From Candidatus Scatocola faecigallinarum (GTDB lineage: Bacteria > Pseudomonadota > Alphaproteobacteria > RF32 > CAG-239): a stretch of DNA of 64,000 bases. Below are positions 45,113-54,290 of this stretch, one piece after another. The stretch covers positions 14,268 through 78,267 of the forward strand of contig DVOM01000036.1 of assembly GCA_018713605.1 (NCBI GenBank). Direction: 5' to 3'. Position numbers and translations under genes: made by a program. The notes beneath the pieces were generated by a model, which saw only the letters and a program-made list of their open reading frames with translations, was not told the DNA's origin and searched no databases. Positions within the stretch are counted from its first letter, which is position 1; each line of letters starts with the position of its first letter.

Positions 45113-45433
45113 ATGAAGAACTTTAATCAGAGAGTGTTTGCCATCGTGCGGCGGATTCCGCGGGGAAAGGTCATGAACTACGGACAGACGGCGCGGCTGG
45201 CCGGCAGTCCGCATGCGGCGCGCGCCGTCGGTTATGCTCTGCATCAGGCGCGGGCGGAAGATAACGTTCCCTGGCAGCGGGTCGTTTATAAGGACGGCGG
45301 CATGGCTTTTGCCGATGCCGGACAAAGGGCTTTGCTGGCAGCGGAAGGCGCGGTCTTTACGGACGAAGGCAAAGTCGACATGGCCGTCTGCGGCTGGGAT
45401 GCCGCAGAGATTGAGGCTGAACTGTTTTTTTAA
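45113..45433 (+). CDS. Alkyltransferase-like (ATL) protein / MGMT-family DNA-binding domain without the acceptor cysteine
   Basis: 'IVRRIPRGKVMNYGQTARLAG.P.AARAVG.AL' plus 'VPWQRVV' in the place of the MGMT 'PCHRV' site (Trp replaces Cys, as in ATL/YbaZ). Confidence 0.8.
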   Translation: MKNFNQRVFAIVRRIPRGKVMNYGQTARLAGSPHAARAVGYALHQARAEDNVPWQRVVYKDGGMAFADAGQRALLAAEGAVFTDEGKVDMAVCGWDAAEIEAELFF

Positions 45434-45445
45434 CGCCTGACCGTT

Positions 45446-46003
45446 TCAGCGGCAGAGATTCCAGAGTTCCTGAAAGCTGCGTCCGGTTTTGCCGGCGGTA
45501 AAATGTCCGAAATTGAGATAATCGTGAAAAACGATTTGCGGGTAGGCGGCCAGCAGCCTGTCTTTGGTTTGGCGTTCGGCCTCGTCATCGTCTTCCGAAA
45601 AGATAAGATGGACTTCATCTATGCTGTTTAAGGCTGTCGGTTTGAGGTCGGTTTGCAGAAAGTCGTCAAATTCCCGTTCCGGGTCCAGCCAGGGGGCGAC
45701 TAAAATGAGTTTTTCAAGTTTGAGTTTGTGTTCCTGCAAATATTTTATGGCGAATCCACCACCGGCGCTGTGCCCGACGAGAAGAGAAAGCTTTTGGGGT
45801 TTGAAACATTCGAAAGTTTCTTTCCATTCGGCATAGGACGGGCGGTAAGGATGCGGAAGTTCCGGCGTCTGGCACTGCCAGCCGGCGCGCAGAAACTGCT
45901 GTTGCAACCAGGGCAGCCACCAGGCATTGGAAGGTGACGGGTATTTGGAAAAGAAAAATTCTTCTTCGGGGCAGATCCCGTGCAGGATAAGTGCGGTTTT
46001 CAT
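45446..46003 (-). CDS. YdeN/RBBP9-type alpha/beta serine hydrolase
   Basis: 'MKTALILHG' and the nucleophile elbow 'LVGHSAGG'. The ATG at 46003 is preferred over the longer listed ORF. Confidence 0.7.
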   Translation of the reverse strand: MKTALILHGICPEEEFFFSKYPSPSNAWWLPWLQQQFLRAGWQCQTPELPHPYRPSYAEWKETFECFKPQKLSLLVGHSAGGGFAIKYLQEHKLKLEKLILVAPWLDPEREFDDFLQTDLKPTALNSIDEVHLIFSEDDDEAERQTKDRLLAAYPQIVFHDYLNFGHFTAGKTGRSFQELWNLCR

Positions 46004-46088
46004 GGTTGCGGCTCCGTATTTTTCTGTTATAGTGACAAAAGCATTATGCGGTTTCCGCCGCAAAAAGTCATCTGTTATTTGGGACGAA

Positions 46089-46883
46089 ATGATAAGTATT
46101 CCGGTCATATTGGTTATGTTGGGCGCGGCGGCGCTGCTCTGGGGGTTCGGAATTGAACCGAAACTGCTGAAAACTTCGGTTTACTGCATTCGGCAGCCGG
46201 AGCTGGCGGGGCTGAAAATCGTCTTTGCCAGCGACTTCCATGCGGCGCCGGGGCATGAGCGGCGGCTGCGGAAAATCGTCGGCAGAATTGCCGCGCAGCA
46301 AGCGGACATGATTCTGCTCGGCGGCGATTTTGTCAAGGGACGCCGTTTTGAGAAAAGTATGCCGATTGAAAAGATTGCGCCGATACTGGCAGAGCTGCAT
46401 GCGCCGCTCGGAGTTTATGCGGTGCTGGGCAATCACGACTGGCGGCGGGACGGGGTGCGGATTGCCGACGTTTTGCAAAAACACGGCATTGAAGTTCTGG
46501 AAAACGAGAATCGGCGGATTGACCGTTCGGGCGGCAGTTTTTGGCTGGCCGGGCTGGCCGATTGCAACATGCGGCGGCCGGATGTGCACAGGGCGTTGGA
46601 AAATGCCGGCAATCCGGTTCTGGTAATAACCCATTCGCCGGACATATTTCCGCAGGTGCCGGAGCGGGCGGCGCTGACGCTGGCCGGACATACCCACGGC
46701 GGACAGGTGGCGCTGCCCTGGCTGGGGGCGCTGCTGGTACCGTCCGTTTTCGGCAAAAGGTATGAGGGCGGGCTGACGGCGGAAAACGGCAAAAGGCTTT
46801 TGGTCAGCCGGGGGCTGGGTACCAGTCTGCTGCCGGTGCGTTTTAACTGCCGGCCGGAGATTGTTGTCGTAGAGTTTGAGTAA
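46089..46883 (+). CDS. Membrane-anchored metallophosphoesterase
   Basis: 'ASDFH', 'LLGGDFV', 'LGNHD' and 'LAGHTHGGQ'. The ATG at 46089 gives an N-terminal TM helix. Confidence 0.85.
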   Translation: MISIPVILVMLGAAALLWGFGIEPKLLKTSVYCIRQPELAGLKIVFASDFHAAPGHERRLRKIVGRIAAQQADMILLGGDFVKGRRFEKSMPIEKIAPILAELHAPLGVYAVLGNHDWRRDGVRIADVLQKHGIEVLENENRRIDRSGGSFWLAGLADCNMRRPDVHRALENAGNPVLVITHSPDIFPQVPERAALTLAGHTHGGQVALPWLGALLVPSVFGKRYEGGLTAENGKRLLVSRGLGTSLLPVRFNCRPEIVVVEFE

Positions 46884-46895
46884 CTGAAACGCCGG

Positions 46896-47156
46896 TCAGA
46901 CCGTTTTTTCGTCCTTTTCGGGGTTGAAATCAAAGCGCCAGCCGTAAAAATCTATCAGCGCCAGCAAATCGCCCCATGCAACGTTGCCTTTGCCGATTTC
47001 TATCCGGTCGATTACTTCCGCTTTAAGGCCTGTACGGCGGGCGACGTATTCCAAGGTCAGCTGCTGGTCGTGCCGCCGGGCAAAGAGTTGCAGACCCAGG
47101 CGGCGGCGCAGAATGCGGCGCGGGTTTTCCGTACGCGGGTTGTATTCAAATGACAT
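46896..47156 (-). CDS. Small XRE-family HTH protein
   Basis: 'QLTLEYVARRTGLKAEVIDRIEIGKGN'. RBS AAGGAG at 47171-47166. Confidence 0.7.
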   Translation of the reverse strand: MSFEYNPRTENPRRILRRRLGLQLFARRHDQQLTLEYVARRTGLKAEVIDRIEIGKGNVAWGDLLALIDFYGWRFDFNPEKDEKTV

Positions 47157-47186
47157 GATGTCCGACTCCTTCTAATGTTTTGTCGT

Positions 47187-47363
47187 AAAACAAAACCACC
47201 TTACTTTGAGTAAGGTGGGAGGAGTTCGAAGCTGCAAATAGACAGTGTGCTGATTCGTCCGCAAAGCGGCTTATATCGCACCATCCTCCCTTACAGGAGG
47301 TTATTACGGTTCTATTTGATGAGCTTCGACACTCCGTTATCAGCTTAACCGTTTCTGATAACA
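47187..47363 (-). ncRNA. Candidate structured RNA (cis-regulatory leader or sRNA) with its own promoter and intrinsic terminator
   Basis: On the minus strand: TTGCAA (47397-47392), a 16-nt spacer, TATAAT (47375-47370). A multi-helix RNA follows. P1 is CACTCC-T-GTTATCAG/CTGATAAC-GGAGTG. P2 is TCGAAGCT/AGCTTCGA. P3 is AAATAGA/TCTATTT. P4 is CCTCC/GGAGG. P5 is GCCGC/GCGGC. It ends in the terminator CCACCTTAC-tcaaa-GTAAGGTGG-TTTTGTTTT (47218-47187), 30 nt before the XRE ATG. Confidence 0.55.
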
Positions 47364-47414
47364 GGAGTGATTATAGAGGCAAAATTCTATTTTGCAACGA
47401 AGAAATTCCGGCGG

Positions 47415-47696
47415 TCAGTCGACGATAATTTCGGGTTTGGTATCTTTGCCGAAGCACATGCGCCTGTCGATACCGCGGGTTTGGCAGTCGAGTGTACGGT
47501 CGCTGTCCGGCAGGTCGTCGGCATTGCCGAGGTTGTACATGTCCTGCTCAAAAAGTTCGTCAAGTTCCGGAACGGTGTCAATCAGCCGTTCTTCGCGCAG
47601 AGTTTTAACCTCAAAGTCCTTTTCGTCGTCGGGGGTAAAATTCTGGTCGGAGTAGTCGCGGACTTTTACCGGTTCGTTAATTTTTCCCGTAATCAT
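47415..47696 (-). CDS. Hypothetical acidic protein
   Basis: A 93-aa ORF rich in D/E. No family recognised. It lies 23 nt downstream of the pirin gene on the same strand. Confidence 0.4.
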   Translation of the reverse strand: MITGKINEPVKVRDYSDQNFTPDDEKDFEVKTLREERLIDTVPELDELFEQDMYNLGNADDLPDSDRTLDCQTRGIDRRMCFGKDTKPEIIVD

Positions 47697-47719
47697 ATTT
47701 TTTCTCCCGAGAAGTTGCG

Positions 47720-48427
47720 TTATTTCGGCAGGTTGAAGAGCAGAAAGTCTGATTCTGCGTCGACCCCGCGCAGCTGCAAGGTTGCATTCTCGTCTTCAAC
47801 GGCCATGCCGTCGCCGGCAACCATTATTTGTCCGTTGAGAACCAGGCTTCCCCGGGCGACGTGCAGCCAGTATTTCCGGTTCGGTTCAAGTTTGTAGACG
47901 ATTTCGGCATTTTCCTGAAGCAGGGTGCGGAGGATTTCGCAATTCTGCTGAATGATAAAAGAGTTGTGGCGGCCGTCCGGCGTGGCGACGCAGCAAAGAC
48001 GGTTAAGCATGTCGTCTTCGGTAAAATGCCTGTGGCCATAGGTCGGCTTAATGTCTTCGATGTCGGGAAGAATCCAGATTTGCAGAAAATGCAGAGGCTT
48101 GTCCGCCGAGGCGTTTAGTTCGCTGTGATAAACGCCGGTGCCTGCCGACATTTTCTGGATATCGCCCGGTTTGAGCAGCGCTTTTTGCCCTATGCTGTCT
48201 TTGTGCTCAAGCTCGCCGTCAAGGACGATGCTTATAATTTCCATGTTGGCGTGGGGGTGCATGTTGAAACCGGTGCCGGGCGCGAAAACGTCGTCGTTAA
48301 TAACGCGCAGGACGCCGAATCCCATGTGCTCCGGGTCATAATAGCCGCTGAACGAAAAGGTATGATAACTGTCGAGCCAGCCGATTTGCGTATGGCCGCG
48401 TTCGTTGGCAGGTCTTAGTGTGAACAT
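47720..48427 (-). CDS. Pirin-family protein
   Basis: 'RGHTQIGWLDSYHTFSF', 'FNMHPHANMEIISIVLDGELEHKDS' and 'GVYHSE'. The ATG at 48427 has an upstream GGAGAAA. Confidence 0.9.
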   Translation of the reverse strand: MFTLRPANERGHTQIGWLDSYHTFSFSGYYDPEHMGFGVLRVINDDVFAPGTGFNMHPHANMEIISIVLDGELEHKDSIGQKALLKPGDIQKMSAGTGVYHSELNASADKPLHFLQIWILPDIEDIKPTYGHRHFTEDDMLNRLCCVATPDGRHNSFIIQQNCEILRTLLQENAEIVYKLEPNRKYWLHVARGSLVLNGQIMVAGDGMAVEDENATLQLRGVDAESDFLLFNLPK

Positions 48428-48582
48428 CTTTTTTTCTCCCGAAAGATTATGCTGGTTTGTATATAACACCGGCTTTCCGGGTTTCAACAAGACGAAGTCT
48501 GCGAAAGTTTTATTTTCCGACTGTTCAAATTAATATCTCTGTAGTATAAGCAAACAAGTTGCGTATCTGCCGGGAGAAATCG

Positions 48583-50460
48583 ATGTATATTTTGCGCAGG
48601 CTTTTGCCTTTCGGTGTTTTCAGCATCGGGCTGGAACTGCTTTATAAAACCGGACTGATGGCATTTGAGGCCGATAAGCCGGATTTTGCCGCAGCCGAAC
48701 TTTTGAAAACTTTCGGCGTGATGTTGCTGACGACGGCTATAGCCACGCTGTATATGCTTATTCCCTATATGCTGTTTTTGCTGGCGCTGCCCGCGGCGCG
48801 CCGGAACGGAAAACTTGACCGTGCCGTGACGGTGTTTATGTATGCGTCTTTTGTGTTTGCGCTGTTGTTTGAGAAGACTGCGTCTTTTGTGTTCTGGGAT
48901 GAATTTTCGGCAGCGTTCAACTTTATTGCCGTCGATTATCTGGTTTATACCAACGAGGTTATTGCCAACATTTATCAGTCGTATCCGGTTAATCTGATTT
49001 TGTCGGCGCTGCTGGCGGCAACGGCGGCAATCGTTTGGCTTACGAAGCGGTTTCTTTTTCCGGCTTCCGGAGGCTGCGGGCCGCGCTGCCGATTATCTGC
49101 CGCCGCCGTTTATGCGCTGTTGTGTCTGGCAGCGTACCGGTTTGTCGATATGGCAAATTTGGAAGCAAACCGGAATTTTTACAATGCAGAAATTTCCAAA
49201 AACGGAACCTACAGCCTGTTTTCGGCCTTTTTGAAAAACGAGCTGGATTATGCCAGTTTTTATCCGGTGCAGGACGTACGCGAGAATCTGAAAATTCTGC
49301 ATAAAAAGTTTGCCGCGCCGAATGTTCGTTTTCTGGCGCCGGAAAAGGGAATTTCACGGCATATCGGTTCGTATCGGCCGGAGAACCGGGCCAATGTGAT
49401 TGTGGTGCTGATGGAAAGCATGAGCGCCAAGTATCTGGACGAGAATCAGCCGGAAGGCATGCCCGAGATTACGCCGAATCTGAGCCGCCTTTCCCGCGAG
49501 GGGCTGTTTTTCAGCAATGCCTATGCAACCGGTACGCGTTCGGTGCGGGGAATCGAAGCGGTAACGCTGTCGGTGCCGCCGCTGCCCGGAATGTCGATTG
49601 TCCGCCGCCAGAAAAACGAAAACCTGTTTAATATCGGTTCGGTTTTTGCGGAAAAGGGATATGACAATAAATGGATTTACGGCGGCTACGGGTATTTTGA
49701 CAATATGAACTATTTTTTCGGCCATAACGGTTTTCAGGTTGTTGACCGCACGGTATGGGACAAGGACGAGGTTACTTTTGCCAATGCCTGGGGGGCGGCG
49801 GACGAAGACGCTTTTGCCAAGGTTATTCGCGAAGCGGACAAGTCCTATGCGGCGGGCAAGCCGTTTTTGACCGTGCTGCTGACGATTTCCAATCATCGGC
49901 CGTACACTTATCCGGATGGGCGGATAGACATTCCGTCCGAGAAAGGCGGGCGGCTCGGCGGCGTGAAATATGCCGACTATGCCGTCGGACAGTTTGTGAA
50001 AGAGGCCAAATCGAAACCCTGGTTTGACAATACCCTGTTCGTGTTTGTGGCCGATCATACGGCCGGGGCGGCAGGCAAGGAGGAAATCAGTCTTGAGGGG
50101 CATCATATTCCGTTTATCATCTATGCGCCGAAACTGGTCAAAGCGCGGCGAATTGACATGCCGGTCAGTCAGATTGACGTTTTGCCGACGCTGCTCGGGC
50201 TGTTGAATTTTGACTATGACAGCCGTTTTTACGGGCAGGACGCGCTGTCGGCGGATTATGAGCCGCGTTTTTTTGTCAGCAATTATCAGAAAGTCGGGTA
50301 TGTAAAGAACGGCGTGAACGTGATTTTGAAACCGGTTCGCCGCTTTTCATACGAGCCGGGCGACGCCGACCCGAAAACCGTGGACGAAAACCTGAAAGAG
50401 GGAATCGCATTTTATCAGCAGGCCGACCGTTGGGAAGAAAATATGCGACACGGCGAATAA
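48583..50460 (+). CDS. LTA-synthase/sulfatase-family phosphoglycerol (or phosphoethanolamine) transferase, MdoB-like
   Basis: N-terminal multi-TM domain. Alkaline-phosphatase-superfamily blocks 'NVIVVLMESMS', 'ATGTRSVRG' and 'TISNHRPY'. Confidence 0.8.
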   Translation: MYILRRLLPFGVFSIGLELLYKTGLMAFEADKPDFAAAELLKTFGVMLLTTAIATLYMLIPYMLFLLALPAARRNGKLDRAVTVFMYASFVFALLFEKTASFVFWDEFSAAFNFIAVDYLVYTNEVIANIYQSYPVNLILSALLAATAAIVWLTKRFLFPASGGCGPRCRLSAAAVYALLCLAAYRFVDMANLEANRNFYNAEISKNGTYSLFSAFLKNELDYASFYPVQDVRENLKILHKKFAAPNVRFLAPEKGISRHIGSYRPENRANVIVVLMESMSAKYLDENQPEGMPEITPNLSRLSREGLFFSNAYATGTRSVRGIEAVTLSVPPLPGMSIVRRQKNENLFNIGSVFAEKGYDNKWIYGGYGYFDNMNYFFGHNGFQVVDRTVWDKDEVTFANAWGAADEDAFAKVIREADKSYAAGKPFLTVLLTISNHRPYTYPDGRIDIPSEKGGRLGGVKYADYAVGQFVKEAKSKPWFDNTLFVFVADHTAGAAGKEEISLEGHHIPFIIYAPKLVKARRIDMPVSQIDVLPTLLGLLNFDYDSRFYGQDALSADYEPRFFVSNYQKVGYVKNGVNVILKPVRRFSYEPGDADPKTVDENLKEGIAFYQQADRWEENMRHGE

Positions 50461-50462
50461 AT

Positions 50463-50493
50463 AAAAAAACCGCTCGGATGAGCGGCTTTTTTT
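50463..50493. terminator. Bidirectional intrinsic terminator
   Basis: AAAAAAA-CCGCTC-ggat-GAGCGG-CTTTTTTT between convergent genes. Confidence 0.8.
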
Positions 50494-50779
50494 ATTTTTC
50501 GACAATTGGTTTGGGCGCCGAAGCCTGACTGCGAATATTGTAGGGAACAACTTCTTTTTTGCCTTCGACCTCCATTTGCGGGTCGACAAAGCTGATAGTG
50601 CCTTTTTCGTAGAAATAAAAGTCGCGGCGGATGCGGGCCTTGTCTTTAATCGACAGTTCGTTCCATTCCTTTTCGGTCATGCCGTAGGGATAGGTTTCCT
50701 TTGGCTGGGGCAGCGGCTGCGGTTCGGAAGCGCAGGCGGAAACCAAAAGCATTAAACCCATTGCTAACAGTTTTTTCAT
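50492..50779 (-). CDS. Small lipoprotein
   Basis: Lipobox 'LLVSACAS'. Confidence 0.55.
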   Translation of the reverse strand: MKKLLAMGLMLLVSACASEPQPLPQPKETYPYGMTEKEWNELSIKDKARIRRDFYFYEKGTISFVDPQMEVEGKKEVVPYNIRSQASAPKPIVEK

Positions 50780-50973
50780 AGTTCTTTCTTCCTTTCCATT
50801 ATCAGCCAGTATTCTAATCTCAAATTAAGATTATGCCATTTTATTGTTTTCTTTTCTACAAAAAATTTGCTTTTATACGGCGTTTTTAATTGCGGGCGGC
50901 TGAAAAATATGATATTTTGTCCGGGATTTTGATTAAGTATTTTCTGATGTATAATTATAAAATTTTAAGTAAC

Positions 50974-51525
50974 ATGAAAAAAGTCAATGACGTTGCCGTT
51001 GAGGTTTTGTGCGGCGACATTACCAAAATTACCACGGCCGCGCTGGTGGTGCCCGAGTTTTGCAACAAAATTGCCGATACGGCGCTGACCAGAAGACTGG
51101 TGTACTGCGGTGCCGAAGACGGACTGAAGTCTTTTGAAGCGTATTCGAAAAAGACGCAGCTGAAGCCCGGATGCGTCGTTACGACACCGGGCGGCGGCAA
51201 TGCAAAGTATCTGTTTCATTCGGCAATGGAACCCGGCGACAAGGAAACGTATTTGCTGCAGCTGAAGACGGCGGTTGCCAATATTTTGGTCAAGGCGTTG
51301 GAATTTAAGCTGACGACGCTGGCGGTTCCGGATTTTCGTCTGGGCGGGAATTGTCCTCTGTCGCAGGCCGAAATGGTGGAAGCAATGCTTTCGGTTCTGA
51401 ACGGCTGTCCGCAGAAAGGCGTTGTCGAAGAGTTTACGATTGTCCTGAGCGAAGGCGGCAAGGAATATGAAAAGGCCGTCGACGTTCTCGAAAGCGAAAG
51501 TTATGTCTGTCCGGCGTCGGTATGA
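50974..51525 (+). CDS. Macro-domain (ADP-ribose binding/hydrolase-like) protein
   Basis: 'VEVLCGDITKITTAALVVPE' and 'VVTTPGGGNAKYLFHSA' follow the macro-domain pattern (GDIT...; G-rich phosphate loop). Confidence 0.65.
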   Translation: MKKVNDVAVEVLCGDITKITTAALVVPEFCNKIADTALTRRLVYCGAEDGLKSFEAYSKKTQLKPGCVVTTPGGGNAKYLFHSAMEPGDKETYLLQLKTAVANILVKALEFKLTTLAVPDFRLGGNCPLSQAEMVEAMLSVLNGCPQKGVVEEFTIVLSEGGKEYEKAVDVLESESYVCPASV

Positions 51526-51545
51526 TTTCGGTTTTTAGGACTTTG

Positions 51546-51587
51546 AGCAGTTCCTCCGGGGTTCCGGCGGAGCTGCTTTTGGTTTTT
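51546..51587 (+). terminator. Intrinsic terminator after the macro-domain gene
   Basis: AGCAGTTCCTCCGG-ggtt-CCGGCGGAGCTGCT followed by TTTTGGTTTTT. Confidence 0.65.
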
Positions 51588-51778
51588 AAAGCAAAAAAAA
51601 TCTTATATCCACCGCGGGGCGAATCGGCGGAAACCGAATCACATCAAGAATCTTAACCGATTCTTTAGATTCCGGGATTAGACTTTTGGCCATAATTTAA
51701 CTTAGCGCTTGCAACTCTCGTTTTCGGGCGATAAGCTAATTTTATCAACTTTTGTATTAACTTTTTAAGGATAAGGAT

Positions 51779-54208
51779 ATGACAGCATGTAAGAAAATCG
51801 GCAGCGTTATGTTGATGACCCTGCTGGTTATGACGGCCCTGATTCAGGGTGCGGCTGCTTCCGAAATTGACCTGAACATTCCGATGCTGGATGTCAGCTA
51901 CAATATCTGGGGTTATGCCACGACCGGTTCGCAGCTCCTGCTTTACGGCATGGGTATCTGTGTTCTGGGTATGCTTTTCGGATTTTATGAATTTGTCAAA
52001 ATCAAGGGAATGCCGGCGCACAAGCTGATGCTGAACGTGTCGGAAACCATTTATGAAACCTGCAAGACCTATATGAAGCAGCAGGCTAAGCTTCTGGTGC
52101 TGCTGGAAGTTTTCATTGCCGCCTGCATTTTTTACTATTTCTTTTATCTGAACGCGACGCCGCTGCCGAAGGTTCTGACCATTCTGGGCTGGTCAATTCT
52201 GGGTATTCTGGGTTCGTTCTCGGTAGCCTGGTTCGGCATGCGAATCAACACCTACGCCAATTCGCGCACGGCGTTTGACTCCCTGAAGGCAAAACCGTTT
52301 TCGGTTATGAGCCTGCCGCTGCGTTCCGGCATGTCTATCGGCGTGCTGCTGATTTGCGTCGAATTGATTATGATGATTGCCATCCTGCTGTTTGTCGACA
52401 GGGAAAGCGCCGGCGCCTGCTTCGTCGGCTTTGCCATCGGCGAATCGCTCGGCGCTTCGGCGTTGCGCATCTGCGGCGGCATCTTTACGAAGATTGCCGA
52501 CATTGGCGCCGATCTGATGAAAATCATTTTCAAAATTGACGAAGACGATGCGCGCAATCCGGGCGTGATTGCCGACTGTACCGGCGACAATGCCGGCGAC
52601 TCCGTCGGCCCGACCGCTGACGGTTTTGAGACCTACGGCGTAACCGGCGTGGCCCTCATCAGTTTTATCGTTCTGGCCGCGGGCATGATGTATGCGCCGA
52701 ACGGCGATCTGACCCTGATGGCCGGAGGCATTGATATTCAGGCTCGGCTGATTGTCTGGATTTTTGCGATGCGCGTACTGATGATTATCACTTCGGTCGT
52801 TTCGTATCTGATTAACAACAAGGCTTCGAAGATGATCTTCGGCAACAGAGCCGCCTTTAACTTCGAAACGCCGCTGACAAGCCTGATCTGGCTGACCTCA
52901 ATCCTGTCGATTTTGGTTACGTTCGGCGTTTCCTACGTAATGATCGGCGACATGGGTGCCGACCTGTGGTGGAAGCTTTCGGTCATTATCTCCTGCGGTA
53001 CGCTGGCCGCGGCACTGATTCCGGAATTTACCAAAATCTTCACTTCTTCGAAATCGAAGCATGTTGACGAAATCGTCAACGCCAGCCGTGAAGCCGGCGC
53101 TTCCCTGAACATTATTTCGGGTATCGTTGCCGGTAACTTCTCCGCCTTCTGGCAGGGTATGGTCATGGTCGGCCTGATGGTTATCGCCTTCTTTACCGCC
53201 CGCACCGGCCTGGATGCCTATATGGTATATCCGACGGTGTTTGCGTTCGGTCTGGTTGCTTTCGGCATGCTCGGCATGGGTCCGGTTACGATTGCCGTCG
53301 ACTCCTACGGGCCGGTTACCGACAATGCACAGTCCGTATTTGAACTGTCGCAGATTGAGGGCGTGAAGGGCATTGATAAGGAAATTGAGAAAGAATACGG
53401 CTTTAAACCGAACTTTGAGCAGGGAAAACAGCTGCTGGAAGAAAACGATTCTGCCGGCAATACGTTTAAAGCGACGGCCAAACCGGTGCTTATCGGCACG
53501 GCGGTTATCGGCGCAACGACAATGATTTTCTCAATCATTCTGCTTTTGAATCTGCAGCTGAACCTGTTGGATCCGAATGTTCTGTTCGGCTTGATTCTGG
53601 GCGGCACGGTCATTTACTGGTTCTCGGGCGCTTCAATGCAGGCGGTTTCGACCGGTGCTTATCGCGCGGTCAACTACATTAAGGAGCACATCAAGCTGGA
53701 TACCAACAAGGCAGCGTCGATTGAGGATTCCAAGAGCGTGGTCAAAATCTGCACGATTTATGCGCAGAAAGGCATGCTGAACATTTTCATCGTCATCTTC
53801 TCGTTTACGATTGCCTTTGCCTGCTTTAATGCAACGTTGTTTGCCAGCTATCTGATTTCGATAGCGGTCTTTGGTCTGTTTCAGGCTCTGTATATGGCAA
53901 ATGCCGGCGGTGCCTGGGACAATGCCAAGAAAGTGGTTGAAGTCGATTTGCATGAAAAAGGTTCTGCGCTGCATGCGGCTGCCGTTGTCGGCGATACGGT
54001 CGGCGATCCGTATAAGGACACCTCTTCGGTGGCTCTGAATCCGATTATCAAGTTCACGACGCTGTTCGGTCTGCTGGCGGTCGAGATGGCTGTCGCTGCG
54101 CCGCGCTGCGTATCCGTCGGACTTGGCGTCGCGTTTTTCCTCATCGGTTTGTATTTCGTATACAGATCGTTCTACGGAATGCGTATTGAGCCGAAGAAAG
54201 TAGACTGA
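51779..54208 (+). CDS. hppA: Membrane-bound proton-translocating pyrophosphatase
   Basis: 'DCTGDNAGDSVGPTADGFETY', 'GGAWDNAKK' and 'VGDTVGDPYKDTSS'. 'GNTFKATAK' has Lys at the position that, as I recall, marks K+-independent H+-PPases (the GNTTKA versus GNTTAA rule). Confidence 0.93.
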   Translation: MTACKKIGSVMLMTLLVMTALIQGAAASEIDLNIPMLDVSYNIWGYATTGSQLLLYGMGICVLGMLFGFYEFVKIKGMPAHKLMLNVSETIYETCKTYMKQQAKLLVLLEVFIAACIFYYFFYLNATPLPKVLTILGWSILGILGSFSVAWFGMRINTYANSRTAFDSLKAKPFSVMSLPLRSGMSIGVLLICVELIMMIAILLFVDRESAGACFVGFAIGESLGASALRICGGIFTKIADIGADLMKIIFKIDEDDARNPGVIADCTGDNAGDSVGPTADGFETYGVTGVALISFIVLAAGMMYAPNGDLTLMAGGIDIQARLIVWIFAMRVLMIITSVVSYLINNKASKMIFGNRAAFNFETPLTSLIWLTSILSILVTFGVSYVMIGDMGADLWWKLSVIISCGTLAAALIPEFTKIFTSSKSKHVDEIVNASREAGASLNIISGIVAGNFSAFWQGMVMVGLMVIAFFTARTGLDAYMVYPTVFAFGLVAFGMLGMGPVTIAVDSYGPVTDNAQSVFELSQIEGVKGIDKEIEKEYGFKPNFEQGKQLLEENDSAGNTFKATAKPVLIGTAVIGATTMIFSIILLLNLQLNLLDPNVLFGLILGGTVIYWFSGASMQAVSTGAYRAVNYIKEHIKLDTNKAASIEDSKSVVKICTIYAQKGMLNIFIVIFSFTIAFACFNATLFASYLISIAVFGLFQALYMANAGGAWDNAKKVVEVDLHEKGSALHAAAVVGDTVGDPYKDTSSVALNPIIKFTTLFGLLAVEMAVAAPRCVSVGLGVAFFLIGLYFVYRSFYGMRIEPKKVD

Positions 54209-54239
54209 GTTTTATACGCTCGTCCATTAAAAAAAGAGC

Positions 54240-54290
54240 GGCGGAAAATTCGAAAGGGCTTGTCCCGGACGGGTTTTCCGCCCTTTTTTT
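54240..54290 (+). terminator. Intrinsic terminator of hppA
   Basis: GGCGGAAAA...TTTTCCGCC stem enclosing a smaller hairpin, followed by CTTTTTTT. Confidence 0.7.

Noticed and set aside
47201-47284. A 27-codon ORF inside the structured RNA (MVRYKPLCGRISTLSICSFELLPPYSK) as a possible leader peptide.
   Set aside because: The only Shine-Dalgarno-like sequence (GGGAGGA) abuts the ATG with essentially no spacing, and the ORF runs through the terminator hairpin. RNA-structure-based control seems the simpler reading. Not fully excluded.
47367-47897. A 176-aa + strand ORF spanning the region of the acidic-protein and pirin genes.
   Set aside because: It overlaps the 3' end of the clearly identified pirin gene in antisense. 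It has no RBS, and its start lies inside the predicted minus-strand promoter.
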